A stretch of 64,000 nt of DNA from Balanoglossus misakiensis (Eukaryota > Animalia > Hemichordata), in the NCBI GenBank assembly GCA_040954595.2, contig CM082590.2, forward strand, positions 5,580,001 to 5,644,000. The letters run 5' to 3'. The translations under genes and the position numbers were made by a program. Position 1 is the first letter of the stretch. Each line of letters starts with the position of its first letter. This document shows positions 25,201 through 35,349 of this stretch, in pieces. The notes beneath the pieces were generated by a model that saw only the letters and a program-made list of their open reading frames with translations, did no database searches and had not been told where the DNA came from.

Positions 25201-28200
25201 ATCCTATCTTTGAGACTTTCTATCTCCACTTTCAGTGATGTGGAGAGTATCAGATAGGACGATTGTCTGTCGGCCTCCAGCATCTGCCAACTCCTGTATG
25301 TCACCTAATACAATTGATCATAAGGAGGTGCCATATAATTTGTCATTGTCCTTTGAATCAAAACTACTCCCTCTATCGGGTCAGGTGTTGTACAGACAGG
25401 TGTTGACTCATGACGGTCGATGCCAATCCTATCTTTGAGACTTTCTATCTCCACTTTCAGTGATGTGGAGAGTATCAGATAGGACGATTGTCTGTCGGCC
25501 TCCAGCATCTGCCAACTCCTGTATGTCACCTAATACAATTGATCATAAGGAGGTGCCATATAATTTGTCATTGTCCTTTGAATGAAAACTACTCCCTCTA
25601 TAGGGTCAGGTGTTGTACAGGCAGGTGTTGACTCATGACGGTCGATGCCAATCCTATCTTTGAGACTTTCTATCTCCACTTTCAGTAATGTGGAGAGTAT
25701 CAGATAGGGCGATTGTCTGTCGGCCTCCAGCATCTGCCAACTCCTGTCTGTCACCTAATACAATTGATCATAAGGAGGTGCCATATAATTTGTCATTGTC
25801 CTTTGAATCAAAACTACTCCCTCTATCGGGTCAGGTGTTGTACAGGCAGGTGTTGACTCATGACGGTCGATGCCAATCCTATCTTTGAGACTTTCTATCT
25901 CCACTTTCAGTGATGTGGAGAATATCAGATAGGGCGATTGTCTGTCGGCCTCCAGCATCTGCCAACTCCTGTATGTCACCTAATAATCTGATAATTCATT
26001 ATTAGGAGTTTTTTTCATTGTTTGAGATGTTTGAGTTTGTGATGACTATTTGTTGTTTGTTGTTTGATTCATTTGTTTATTCAACAGGTTATTTCTATTA
26101 GTATAGAAACATTTATTTGTTTGTTTCTTTGTTGAAATCTCACATTGCATTTCAATTTTTGTGACATTGTTCTCATGCTCCTCCTTCATTACTTACAGGA
26201 TGGAGACACCCCTTTGCACTCTGCAGCAGAGTATAACAATGAAGGCGGTCTCAGATTGTTATTGGAACACAAAGCTGATGTGACCATTCAAAACAAGGTA
26301 AATACCAACCTGGCTTCTGCAGGTTAATTCTTTTAGTATAGAAACATTTATTTGTTTGTTTGTTTGTTTGTTTGTTTGTTTGTTTAGGAAACCTAACAGT
26401 GTGTTTCAAATGTTATGACATTGTTCTCATGCTCCTCCTCCATTACATACAGAAATACTCACCAGAACGGTGTTGACAAGAAATTAAGTTCCTCACAAGG
26501 AAACTGCTTCATAATAATGGATGACCACAGACAAGTTCTGTACCTCTGATAATGATACCAGTAACTTAGGTGCTCTATGCGAGTCAAAACGCAGTATTTC
26601 ACTCAAACAAACAATTTCTGAACATTAATGGTCATCAAAGTCATCTCTAGTCTTTTGTCTAAATAAAGATTTCCCATCCATGTAAATTTTCTGGTCTTAT
26701 GCAGATCTTTACAAATTGATCCAAATCAGTTTTTCCCTCAAAACTGTCAAGATGAATAAAGGCACAATCTACTACCCATATTTTCTTTAAATTGTTCATC
26801 GTTATGAGGAAATTTATGTTGTCTGAAATTCAACATTCTGACATGGTGGACGAAAATAACACACAATGCATTCATTTAATTCAACTCTATCATTTAAAGC
26901 TACATTGACATGGAGACATCCAACTCAAAAAATAATATAAGCATCCTAAGTACTGTTGAAAAACTAGAGGTTAATTATCAATTCAGTGTTAACGTTGGTA
27001 GTCTGTTTGTTTGCGCTGTTTATGCAGAACTTTTCTTGTTGTACCTCTTATATGATGTTGTCTGTTTTTGTTTCTTGGATAGGATGGCAACACAGCACTC
27101 CACATGGCAGCAATGGGTGAAGTGTCTTGGAGGGATGATGGAAAAGTTGTGAAACTATTGTTGCAATATGGAGCTGATATTGAATGCAAAAATAAGGTAC
27201 AATCTTCCACTTTTATATTTTATTCCATGACACTCTAGACCTACACCATGTGTTCTGATGAAGTCCCATTTTCTCAAGTAGTTCAATCTTCATAATCTTT
27301 GAATTTGAAATGCACAATATTATCAAAGTCTTGAAAATGCCTGAACACTATTTTAACGAAGCACTCCTAAAACAGTATGAGTTTGCACAATGGTCTTCTT
27401 TTCAATTGTAGTTTTTTGTGGTAAATTTTGTTGAGGATACAATGTATCTATTTGTCATTGTCCTTTGAATCAAAACTACTCCCTCTATTTGGTCAGGTGT
27501 TGTACAAGCAGGTGTTGACTCATGACGGTCGATGCCAATCCTATCTTTGAGACTTTCTATCTCCACTTTCAGTGATGTGGAGAGTATCAGATAGGGCGAT
27601 TGTCTGTCGGCCTCCAGCATCTGCCAACTCCTGTCTGTCACCTAATTATCTGACAATTCCTAATAAGGATTTTTAGGGCACAAGCCAAGCAGGCTTGTGC
27701 CCTATTGGTATTACTGGGGTTTTTCATCTTTTTTTTTTTTTTCTTGTGTAGTTTTTTTGCTCAGGTAGATCTTGAAAACGGCTGAACCTACAAATCTCAA
27801 ACTTGGTACAGTGGTGCAGGCCTATGGGAGCTTGTGCAGTACCTTTGTGAATGTTTAATAAGTCATGTGACCTGATGACCATATATGGGCAAAGTTTTCA
27901 AATGGGCCTAATTTGCATATTAATGGAGATATCTTAATTCTTTTAGCGATTTTCGCGGACCATGTGGTCAGTGTCCTACATGCCAAATTTCAAGGCCCTG
28001 GGCCAAGTCAATTTTGAGAAGAAGATTTTTAAATATTATATTTCATATTTTTGTACCCAGCCTATACTGTCTTTAGTTAAGGTGTGATGCTATGTCCACA
28101 TCTGTGCAATGGTCCTGTACAGTGACAGTCTATTGGCAGTGAGCAGAATGGGACCAAAATAAAAGGCAGAATTTTGGGCTCACCTGTAACACCTGCTTAA

Positions 28201-31200
28201 TTCATTAATTATGTGCATACCTAATTCTGGGCTAACTAATAGGGCTAGAGGTTTCGTGCTTGTGGGACATGGACCATTATAGGGTCAAATTTTCTTGCCC
28301 AAATTTTGCATGACCTCAGGTGACCTTTGACCTACTTTCCTATATCTCGTCATCCAGAGCAGGTGCAGACTTTGAGTTTGGAGGGTTGGGACTATAATTG
28401 AAAAGCCAAAAGTTGGGGTCACCTGTGACACCTGCTTATCTCATTAATTATGTGCATACCTAATTCCAGGCTAACCAATAGGGCTAGAGGTTTGATTTTC
28501 GTTGAACATGGACCAGTATGGGATAAAATTTCTTGCCAAAATTTTGGGTGACCTCAGGTGACCTTTGACCTACTTTACCATATCTCGGCAACCAGAGCAG
28601 ATACAGCCTTGGCATTTGGAGGGATGGAACTCCTAATGGAGCCTTACACTTTACCTCATTAATTATGTGCATACCTAATTCCAGGCTAGCCAATAGAGCT
28701 GGAGGTTTGATTTTTGTTGAACATGGACCAGTATGGGATTAAAATTTCTTGCCCAATTTTGGGTGACCTCAGGTGACCTTTGACCTACTTTCCTATATCT
28801 CGGCATCCAGAACAGGTACAGCATTTGTGTTTGGATGGATCGAACTTTTTGCCCAAATTTTGGGTGACCACATATGACCTTTGACCTTCAGCTTAAGCTT
28901 GTGCCCGTCATCGCTGCTTGCAGCTATATTTCTTATTTGTGTTTTAAATAATTCTGTACTTTTGATACAGTCTGATGGAAAAGAGGAATCAGTGTTAATT
29001 TTCTTTAAATGATTGTTGATTTTGTGAAATTCAGGTATTCACTATTAAACATGTCACTTGATGTGGTTATTTTTTTCATGAAAAATTTCAAACAAAACTT
29101 TAAAATTACATTAGAATTTAATGAATTTTGAATTATGGTATCTCTTACATTATTACTACTTTTATAAATATTAAATCATAATTAATGTTTCAATTCATTT
29201 TGTCCTAAATAATTAGACTGGAAAGACACCACTTGATGTCGCTAAAAAAGAGTCTGTTAAGAAGTTGCTGTTGGATTACATTCAGGTGAGTGTACTTTTT
29301 ATATTATCATGAATTTTTATAATATACAACCTGAAATGTGCTCATTCTTATTCATCTTGAATTAAAAGTGTCCATTGATTTCAGTCTGATATAAATTACT
29401 TAATGTGGTGTCACTCTTAACTGTACTCTCCAAACCCACAAATAAAATTGTATTTTTATGATTTCTTTATTCAACCAGAAACGAAATGAGTTCAAGGTCC
29501 TGATGGAGGAACCAGGTGTGAAATGTGACACTTTTAAGTTGTTCTTCGCTGGAGATGGTGGAGTTGGTAAGACTACATTATTGAAGTCACTTCGGAGGGT
29601 ATGTTGATATTTTTGTTTCATTTGCGTTAAAGTTCTAGTAAGCCATATTGCAATAAATGAAGGGTTGCTTGTGTGAAACTTGATGGGCCAGAATGAATTC
29701 TTAATAAACCCTTACTCACTCTGTCCTCAAAATGTCATTTTCTGTGATTTGTGAAGCAAGAGATGTCTGTCATGTGATAAATATATAATCCCATGATATT
29801 TTACTTTGTTTAACGTCATTGTATACTCGTGGTTTTCACGAAGGCGTACAACTTCTCATCTACGGCTCGAAGTTGCACGACTCCCCGAAAACCACTCATA
29901 TAGGATGATGTCAAACAAAGAAAAATTTTGTGGAATTATATGTAATTTTTTCCTTCACTCCCCCTTATCAAAGAGTGAAGAAACAACCCTGGAATCTGAA
30001 GAAAGTGAACACATTCCCACACCTGGTATTGATGTCCAAAGTGTTCATATTCCTGACGTCGGAAATGTCAGTGTTTGGGATTTTGCCGGCCAGGCTGAGT
30101 ATTACGTCACTCATAACATGTTTCTGGGAGCACCCAATGCTGTCTCCATATTGGTGTTCAAAGCTACAGATGAGAATGGTAAACTCAACACCTTTGAACG
30201 TGTGTTCCCACGGGTAAGAATCTTCACAGGAAAGTTAGACTGCATTGTTTATCACTTTCCCAGTTTTATCTGTAGGAATGGAAAATATTGCTGTTTGAGA
30301 AACTTTATTCCATGTGCAACACTATCTCGGTCACCATTCCTGGCTTTTTGAAAGAGTTGCAGATATTTCTATAATTAGTCTCCTGCAGAACCAACATGTC
30401 ATTGTTGTTCAATAATTATTTCACATTGTTTATTGCATAGCTCCAGATATTACCTGAATCCTGAGAAATCTCATATTGGATTCAATTCATGGTTCCTTTG
30501 ACTCAAAAATAATACTTTTCACAAATATTCTCATTTGTAGATTTTGTTTTGGTTGCGGTTTCTGAAAGGAACAACCCACATGGACGGGTATTCATTTGAT
30601 AAGTCAGGAGAAGGATACGAGAAACCAGTGGTGATATTGGTTGCAAGTCGAGCTGATAAGTTGAAGAAAAAATTCATGGGTTGGTGTAACTCACTAACAA
30701 CTTAACCTCTTATCCTAACTTGCAATCCTACCATGGCAGCTACAAAAGGCTTGGACCTAACCTGAAAAAGCTCAAACGAGTTTTGGCATTGATTGCTCGA
30801 AATGCATTATTTTGTGTCAATCAGCTGGTGGTCATTACAAGTGTATTCGTGTTGTGATTTCACAGCACGTCTTTTGCTGAAGAAAGTTCTCAAAGAAGCA
30901 AAGAAGATGTTTAATGACTATTTAGACATACCAAGCGACATATTTCTGTTGAATTGTCGTGATTCAATGAACAGTGAAATGAAGAAACTCCGCCACTGTT
31001 TACATCAGAACAAGGTAACTATGCATTCTTGTATTCAGTTGAAATCCCAATTTTTATTAAAGCTATAACAGCTAGCTACCGCTATTTTAATTATTTTAAT
31101 GATTTTACGTTCAAACTTTGAATGGTCCATTTAAACTTTAAAGCTTACTAATGGGTATACACAAATGTATTACCAACCTCTGATTGTGGTTTTATGTTTA

Positions 31201-34200
31201 CAAGGTAAATAATAAGTGGGTGTCACACCCAATTATTTAGCCTCCCATTGCAAGAGTACACAGCTAATGTCATATGCATATATGAATATTAGAATCTCCA
31301 CAAACTCAAGATAACATCTATCAGCCAAGGATAACCAGAAGTCTGGAGTATTTTATTGATAACAGTATGCCATAACTGGCAGCTATTTGGGCATTAATTA
31401 AAAAAAACATTGATGTGCCCATCTTTATTCTTAGAAAGTGAAAATGCTTCCAAGCGTGTGTGCCAAGATAATGGAAAAGAAGAGGGAATTATATGATGAC
31501 TTCCCAGCTCTTTATTGGACAGAATATGTTGAAAGAATCAATGAAATATACCCCACGATTGACGAAAGTTTCTTACGAAAAGCCACCAACTATCTGCATG
31601 ACATAGGAGAGGTCAGTAACAAGAAACATCATGTTGCTCATCCATTCTCTGTTATTACAAGTACCAAAATGTTTCTAGTGACAAATTCAGATTTCATAGT
31701 TTTTAGTTATCAATTCTTGATTGTAATTCTAATTCCATTTTGAGTCCCAAATTGCAAACATACATTAGGCCCCAAATAATAATATGTGATGTTCCAATTC
31801 CATAGTTTTCAAATATAGGGTAGGTAGGAAGGGAATTTTTTTTATTTTGCAATTTTTAGGTCCCATTGGTATATACCATGGGACCTTATGGGATCGGTTG
31901 CGTCTGTATACATGTATGTATGTATGGATGGATGGATGGATGGATGGATGGATGGATGGATGTCCACATCAAAATCTTGAAAACCGCTGCGTGTATCACC
32001 TTGATATTTGGTGTGCAGATGCAGGGTGGGCTGTAGATGGGAGTTTGTTCAAATGAAGTTGTCATTGTCAAAAATATGCAAATTAGCTGGAAAAATGTGA
32101 GTTTGGTCAAAACTCAGTAACTCAAGAACTACTGGTCAGATTGCTTTGCAAAGTGGTGTGTATTTACTTTATTGAGTTGTTTAAATTAGGCAGGAAGCCC
32201 CCTCCTGTGTTTTATATACACAGCATATTCCTGAATGATTACATAACTGGCGAAGTTTTAAAGAGGCCAGCTGTTCTATTTAGTGTATGTACAGTACATA
32301 TGCCATTGGCAGCTTATGGGTCAGTCAGTGTTTGCCCATTGATCTCTCGCTATGTGTGTGTGTGTCTGTCTGTCTGTCTGTATATGGCCATGTACTCCGC
32401 TGTAGACTTTTTCTTGTGTAATAACTCAATGGGACCGCCGTGTCCTTGACACAATTTTTTTTATTAGGTCCCATTGGTATATACCATGGGACCTTATGGG
32501 ATCGGTTGCATCTGTATGTATGTATGTATGTATGTATGTATGGATGGATGGATGTATGGATGGATGGATGAATGTCTGTATGTCCATCCACATCAAAAAC
32601 TTGATAACCACTGCGTGTATCACCTTGATATTTGGTGTGCAGATGCAGGCTGGGCTGTAGATGGGAGTTTGTTCAAATGAAGTTGTCATTGCCCAAAATA
32701 TGCAAATTAGCTGGAAAATGTGAATTTGGTCAAAACTCAGTAACTCAAGAACTACTGGTCAGATTGCTTTGCAAAGTGGTGTGTATTTACTTTTAATATT
32801 GAGTTGTTTTAATTAGGCAGGAAGTTCCCTGGTGTGATTGATTTACACAGGAAATTCCTGAATGATTACATAACTGGCTGAGTTTTAAAGAGGCCAGCTG
32901 TTTTATTTAGGGTATGTACAGTACATATGCCATTGGCAGCTTATGGGTCAGTCAGTGTTTGCCCATTGATCTCTCGCTATGTGTGTGTGTGTGTCTGTCT
33001 GTATATGGCCATGTACTCCGGTGTAGACTTTTTCTTGTGTAATAACTCAATGGGACCACTGTGTCCTTTATGCGATTTTTTCTTTGGCTGCCGTCATGTA
33101 GAAGAATGACGTCACTCATAGTTCTTGCGTGATTCTCGCAATTTTCATAAATTTTGTATATTTGACATTGTTTTTTTAACTTCCGTTTTACAAAACTCTA
33201 AAATGTTTAGGGTCGGCGGGCTAAAATTATGGTAGGTCGGGTAATCGGAACAGCACATATTTGTTTATTTGGCCTAATGTATGATTGGAATTTGAGACTC
33301 AAAATGGAATCTTACATTAATTCAGTTAATTTGTAATTCTTATTCTATTTTGAGTCCCAAAATTTCAGTCATAATAACTTGGTACAAAAAATATGTACCA
33401 TGATGTACATACCCACATTTGTTCATCCATTTTGACTGCCTGACAACCATTATTTATTATATCTGAAGTCATTTTATTGAATCTCACTATGAACTATATA
33501 TGCTCATGTGTTTAGGACTGAAAATGTGCAAATTTATGCAATGAATTATTGATCAAATTCAACTTTCTTTCAATTCAGCTTATATCTATTATCAATTGCA
33601 TGATCTCATCAAGGTTGTCTGTATGCAAATTTGCAATTTATTGATTAGAAACTGGTAAACATAGTTTGACCAATTTCATTTAATTTGAATGAATATTTAA
33701 CAAATTAGTGCAATTATAGCTATCAGAGAGTATTAAACTAATTTTATGAAACTATCTGGTTCATGTATGCTAAAATATCCGTTTTTCTGTCTTTAGCTTT
33801 TGCTTGTGAAGAAGTCATCTCCAGACGAAGAAGATATTGTTGTATTGGATCCAAAATGGCTGTGCTCCAGAATCTTTGGGCCGATGTTGGCTACCCATTT
33901 ATTTGCACAGTTCAGTAGCTGGTTTGACAGACAGACTTTTCACTCCATTCGTGCGATAAAGAATGTACTTGGTAAAGGTGTCAACTACAAACTTCTTGTT
34001 CGACTTCTGGAGGATTTCGAACTTGCTTATCCAGTGGATATTGAGGTGGATCCTACAGATGAAGATGTTGAGTCAAACACTAATACAGATGAAGATAGCA
34101 AACCAGACTCCATAGGTGACGAAGAACAGAGAAAAGCTTTCGTCATACCAGGGCTTCAAGACGACGATATGCCTGAAGGTCAATGGGAGGTGAGCCGAAT

Positions 34201-35239
34201 GAAGACCATCTACCTTGGAAGACGTTTTGAATGCCACGATGAAACAGATTCCTTTACGGCAGGCTTTTTCCCAAGATTACAGACCCGTCTATATAAGCAT
34301 TTCACAGAGCTTGGCCAGCCGCCCAGTGGCTTATGGAGAAATGGTATCAAAGTGTGTCATGATGTTGAAGGTCTTGTCTTTATGACCAATGGCAGAAGGG
34401 CAGTCAATGTCTGCGTACGAGTTGAAGACAAGAAGTCGATTGGTGAGGGCTACAAGCTTCTTGAGATGGTTTCCAAAGACATACAGGATGTCTTCTCGAT
34501 CGCATGTCCAGGCAACAGGATGAATCAGCTTATCCTGAGTGCAGATTCTCTTGCAAACCACAGCAACATGGAAAAAGTAGAGTTTTACACTCTCGATGAG
34601 GTGCTACGTGCAGAAGACATGGGAAAGAAAGTGTACAACAAAAAAGTTGGTAAAGCAGAAGATGTTTGTGACCTGCTTTGTCAAGGTCATGACACGACGA
34701 TCTTACGAAGGAAGTGGAAACGCTGTGATATCAAATGGATGCTTGAAGAAACCAGAAGAAAACTGACAAGGAGAATGGACATTCAACGTGATCCTTCTCT
34801 GAGCTATGGCCGTATGGCAGATTTGATGGGCATTGAGTGCCAGGATACCATGGGATTTGAAGAGATTGCGGGTCGGGCAGGCAGACCAGTTACAGAGTAC
34901 CTCTTCAAAGAGTGGTGTCGTATATGTGCTGAGAGGAAACAACATCAAAAAGACACAACTAAAGCTGCAGGTGCCAGAGCCATGTCACATGACATCGATG
35001 CCACCAAAGGTCGTATGGCAAAAATGTCACTGTCATCAACATCATCACCCTCGCAAGATTCAAGTGAAGACGCGAAGGCTCAGAAAACAGCAAGACAGAA
35101 GTATCCACGTGTAGAGGGACCCCTCTACGAAAGCAACTTTGAGAATCTGTTGGCAATTTTCGAGACTATGGGAAGAGACGACATGGTAGCGTTGATTGAA
35201 GAGATGTTCGAAGAAATTGCGAAAACACACACGAAATGA
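7240..35239 (+). CDS. Ankyrin-repeat ROC-COR death-domain protein (kinase-less DAPK1-like ROCO), 19 coding exons, about 1161 aa
   Basis: Exons with GT-AG sites and consistent phase: 7240-7269 (MASQEDKDPQ), 10800-10898, 14976-15074, 17685-17783, 18815-18913, 19057-19155, 19320-19418, 19574-19672, 19836-19934, 20701-20814, 26199-26297, 27083-27196, 29217-29285, 29479-29598, 29974-30213, 30541-30679, 30866-31014, 31435-31611, 33797-35239. Motifs: ANK TPLH..AA; P-loop GDGGVGKTT; TPGID; WDFAGQ..YY.TH; VASRAD; COR YLHDIGE and LDPKWLC; DAPK-like death domain. Confidence 0.88.
10800..10898 (+). CDS. ROCO gene exon 2: N-cap ankyrin repeat
   Basis: ttacag|DLIDAAGKGDVAKIQSLIADGYDVNAKGYYQYV|gtaagt; 99 nt, phase 0-0. 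Confidence 0.85.
11581..11765. repeat. Imperfect palindrome of about 185 bp (hairpin element)
   Basis: ACATGATGACTGACAAT...GGCAACAGTGTATTTTGATGACC is mirrored by GGTCATCAAAAATACACTGTTGCC...ATTGTCAGTCATCATGT; the centre is CCGAGGGCATAGGCCGAGGG. Confidence 0.75.
12090..14850 (+). mobile_element. Two tandem Helentron-associated (HINE/DINE-like) non-autonomous elements; the second carries about 4 copies of a 241-bp repeat (about 13870-14780)
   Basis: 5' hairpin GGTCCCAT..ATGGGACC, (ATGT/ATGG)n microsatellite, 3' ATGGGACC..GTGTCCTTGAC, inserted in T-runs. Same family at 31858-32455 and 32466-33075. The class is inferred from structure. Confidence 0.6.
14976..15074 (+). CDS. ROCO gene exon 3: ankyrin repeat
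   Basis: ttccag|YGWTSLHEASKTGQLDAVRVLISHGADVNAKTK|gtatgt; 99 nt, phase 0-0. Confidence 0.9.
15100..16860 (-). pseudogene. Truncated, disrupted hAT transposase (ZNF862-like) inside a ROCO intron
   Basis: ORF 15877-16818 has TDGAAVM, HCVCHRLALA and TRWLS. ORF 15569-15844 has the hAT dimerisation motif PVSNAWPERGAS..K..KTRLRSRL. The frame is broken by a stop, the N-terminus is missing, and a CAGGGG hAT-like end lies at about 15100. Confidence 0.88.
17685..19934 (+). CDS. ROCO gene exons 4-9: six 99-nt ankyrin cassette exons
   Basis: DGDTPLHSAARSRNEGGVRV.., DGDTPLHSAARSNNEGGL.., DGNTPLHDAAGSDNEGCV.., DGDSPLHYAAGSYYEGCV.., DGDTPLHSAARSRNEGGV.., YGDTPLHSAAEYNNEGCV..; each flanked by cttcattacttacag| and |gtaaataccaacctggcttctgcagg. 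Confidence 0.9.
17823..18706 (-). mobile_element. LTR retrotransposon remnant: 3' LTR (about 17823-18551) plus about 150 bp of internal sequence
   Basis: On the - strand a purine tract AGAGAAAGA directly precedes TGTTGTGAC, and the segment ends GTCACAATA (inverted termini). AATAAA lies near the LTR 3' end (17893-17898). CpG-rich, and it interrupts the otherwise conserved cassette intron. No target-site duplication seen. Confidence 0.55.
20701..20814 (+). CDS. ROCO gene exon 10: 114-nt ankyrin exon with an extended loop
   Basis: ggatag|DGNTAFHMAAMGDDTFEDYGKVVKLLLQYGADIDCKNK|gtacaa. Confidence 0.88.
21062..25985. repeat. 225-bp intronic tandem satellite, about 22 copies
   Basis: Exact 225-bp period. 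A single partial monomer also sits at 27451-27645. Confidence 0.98.
26199..26297 (+). CDS. ROCO gene exon 11: seventh 99-nt ankyrin cassette
   Basis: ttacag|DGDTPLHSAAEYNNEGGLRLLLEHKADVTIQNK|gtaaat. Confidence 0.88.
27083..27196 (+). CDS. ROCO gene exon 12: second 114-nt ankyrin exon
   Basis: ggatag|DGNTALHMAAMGEVSWRDDGKVVKLLLQYGADIECKNK|gtacaa. Confidence 0.88.
27674..28932 (+). mobile_element. HINE-like element carrying the 241-bp repeat
   Basis: 5' hairpin TAGGGCACAAGC..GCTTGTGCCCTA and 3' GCTTGTGCCC..GCTGCTTGCAGC. Internal repeats match 13870-14780. Confidence 0.6.
29217..31611 (+). CDS. ROCO gene exons 13-18: ankyrin C-cap, ROC GTPase and start of COR
   Basis: TGKTPLDVAK; KLFFAGDGGVGKTTLLKSL; PTPGIDV..WDFAGQAEYYVTHNMFL; ILFWLRFL..PVVILVASRAD; FLLNCR; YLHDIGE. 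All splice phases join. Confidence 0.9.
31858..33075 (+). mobile_element. Two tandem HINE-like elements nested in a TAGGCC-ended MITE (31767-33277)
   Basis: Two similar units of about 600 bp starting GGTCCCATTGGTATATACCATGGGACC. The flanks rejoin to the 3110-3395 family sequence. Confidence 0.65.
33797..35239 (+). CDS. ROCO gene terminal exon: COR plus death domain
   Basis: Open frame of 480 codons after ctttag|: VVLDPKWLC, GRRFEC, FFPRLQ, LWRNGI; death domain TRRKLTRRMD..MADLMG..LFKEW..NLLAIFETMGRDD. Confidence 0.92.
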   Translation, partial: LLLVKKSSPDEEDIVVLDPKWLCSRIFGPMLATHLFAQFSSWFDRQTFHSIRAIKNVLGKGVNYKLLVRLLEDFELAYPVDIEVDPTDEDVESNTNTDEDSKPDSIGDEEQRKAFVIPGLQDDDMPEGQWEVSRMKTIYLGRRFECHDETDSFTAGFFPRLQTRLYKHFTELGQPPSGLWRNGIKVCHDVEGLVFMTNGRRAVNVCVRVEDKKSIGEGYKLLEMVSKDIQDVFSIACPGNRMNQLILSADSLANHSNMEKVEFYTLDEVLRAEDMGKKVYNKKVGKAEDVCDLLCQGHDTTILRRKWKRCDIKWMLEETRRKLTRRMDIQRDPSLSYGRMADLMGIECQDTMGFEEIAGRAGRPVTEYLFKEWCRICAERKQHQKDTTKAAGARAMSHDIDATKGRMAKMSLSSTSSPSQDSSEDAKAQKTARQKYPRVEGPLYESNFENLLAIFETMGRDDMVALIEEMFEEIAKTHTK

Positions 35240-35349
35240 ACAATAACATCATGGGCATAACAATAATTTTTACTGTTATGCAAATTTGCCACGTACCATT
35301 GTAATATCTGGGGCGAACACTGGAGTTTAATCTGTCCTCGTCTCGATAT

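Noticed and set aside
20982-25979. Twenty-two tandem 74-aa ORFs (MTDRSWQMLEAD...) on the - strand
   Set aside because: A product of the 225-bp satellite period being divisible by 3. There is a stop in every unit, many starts are GTG, no domain is recognisable, and it is antisense within an intron.
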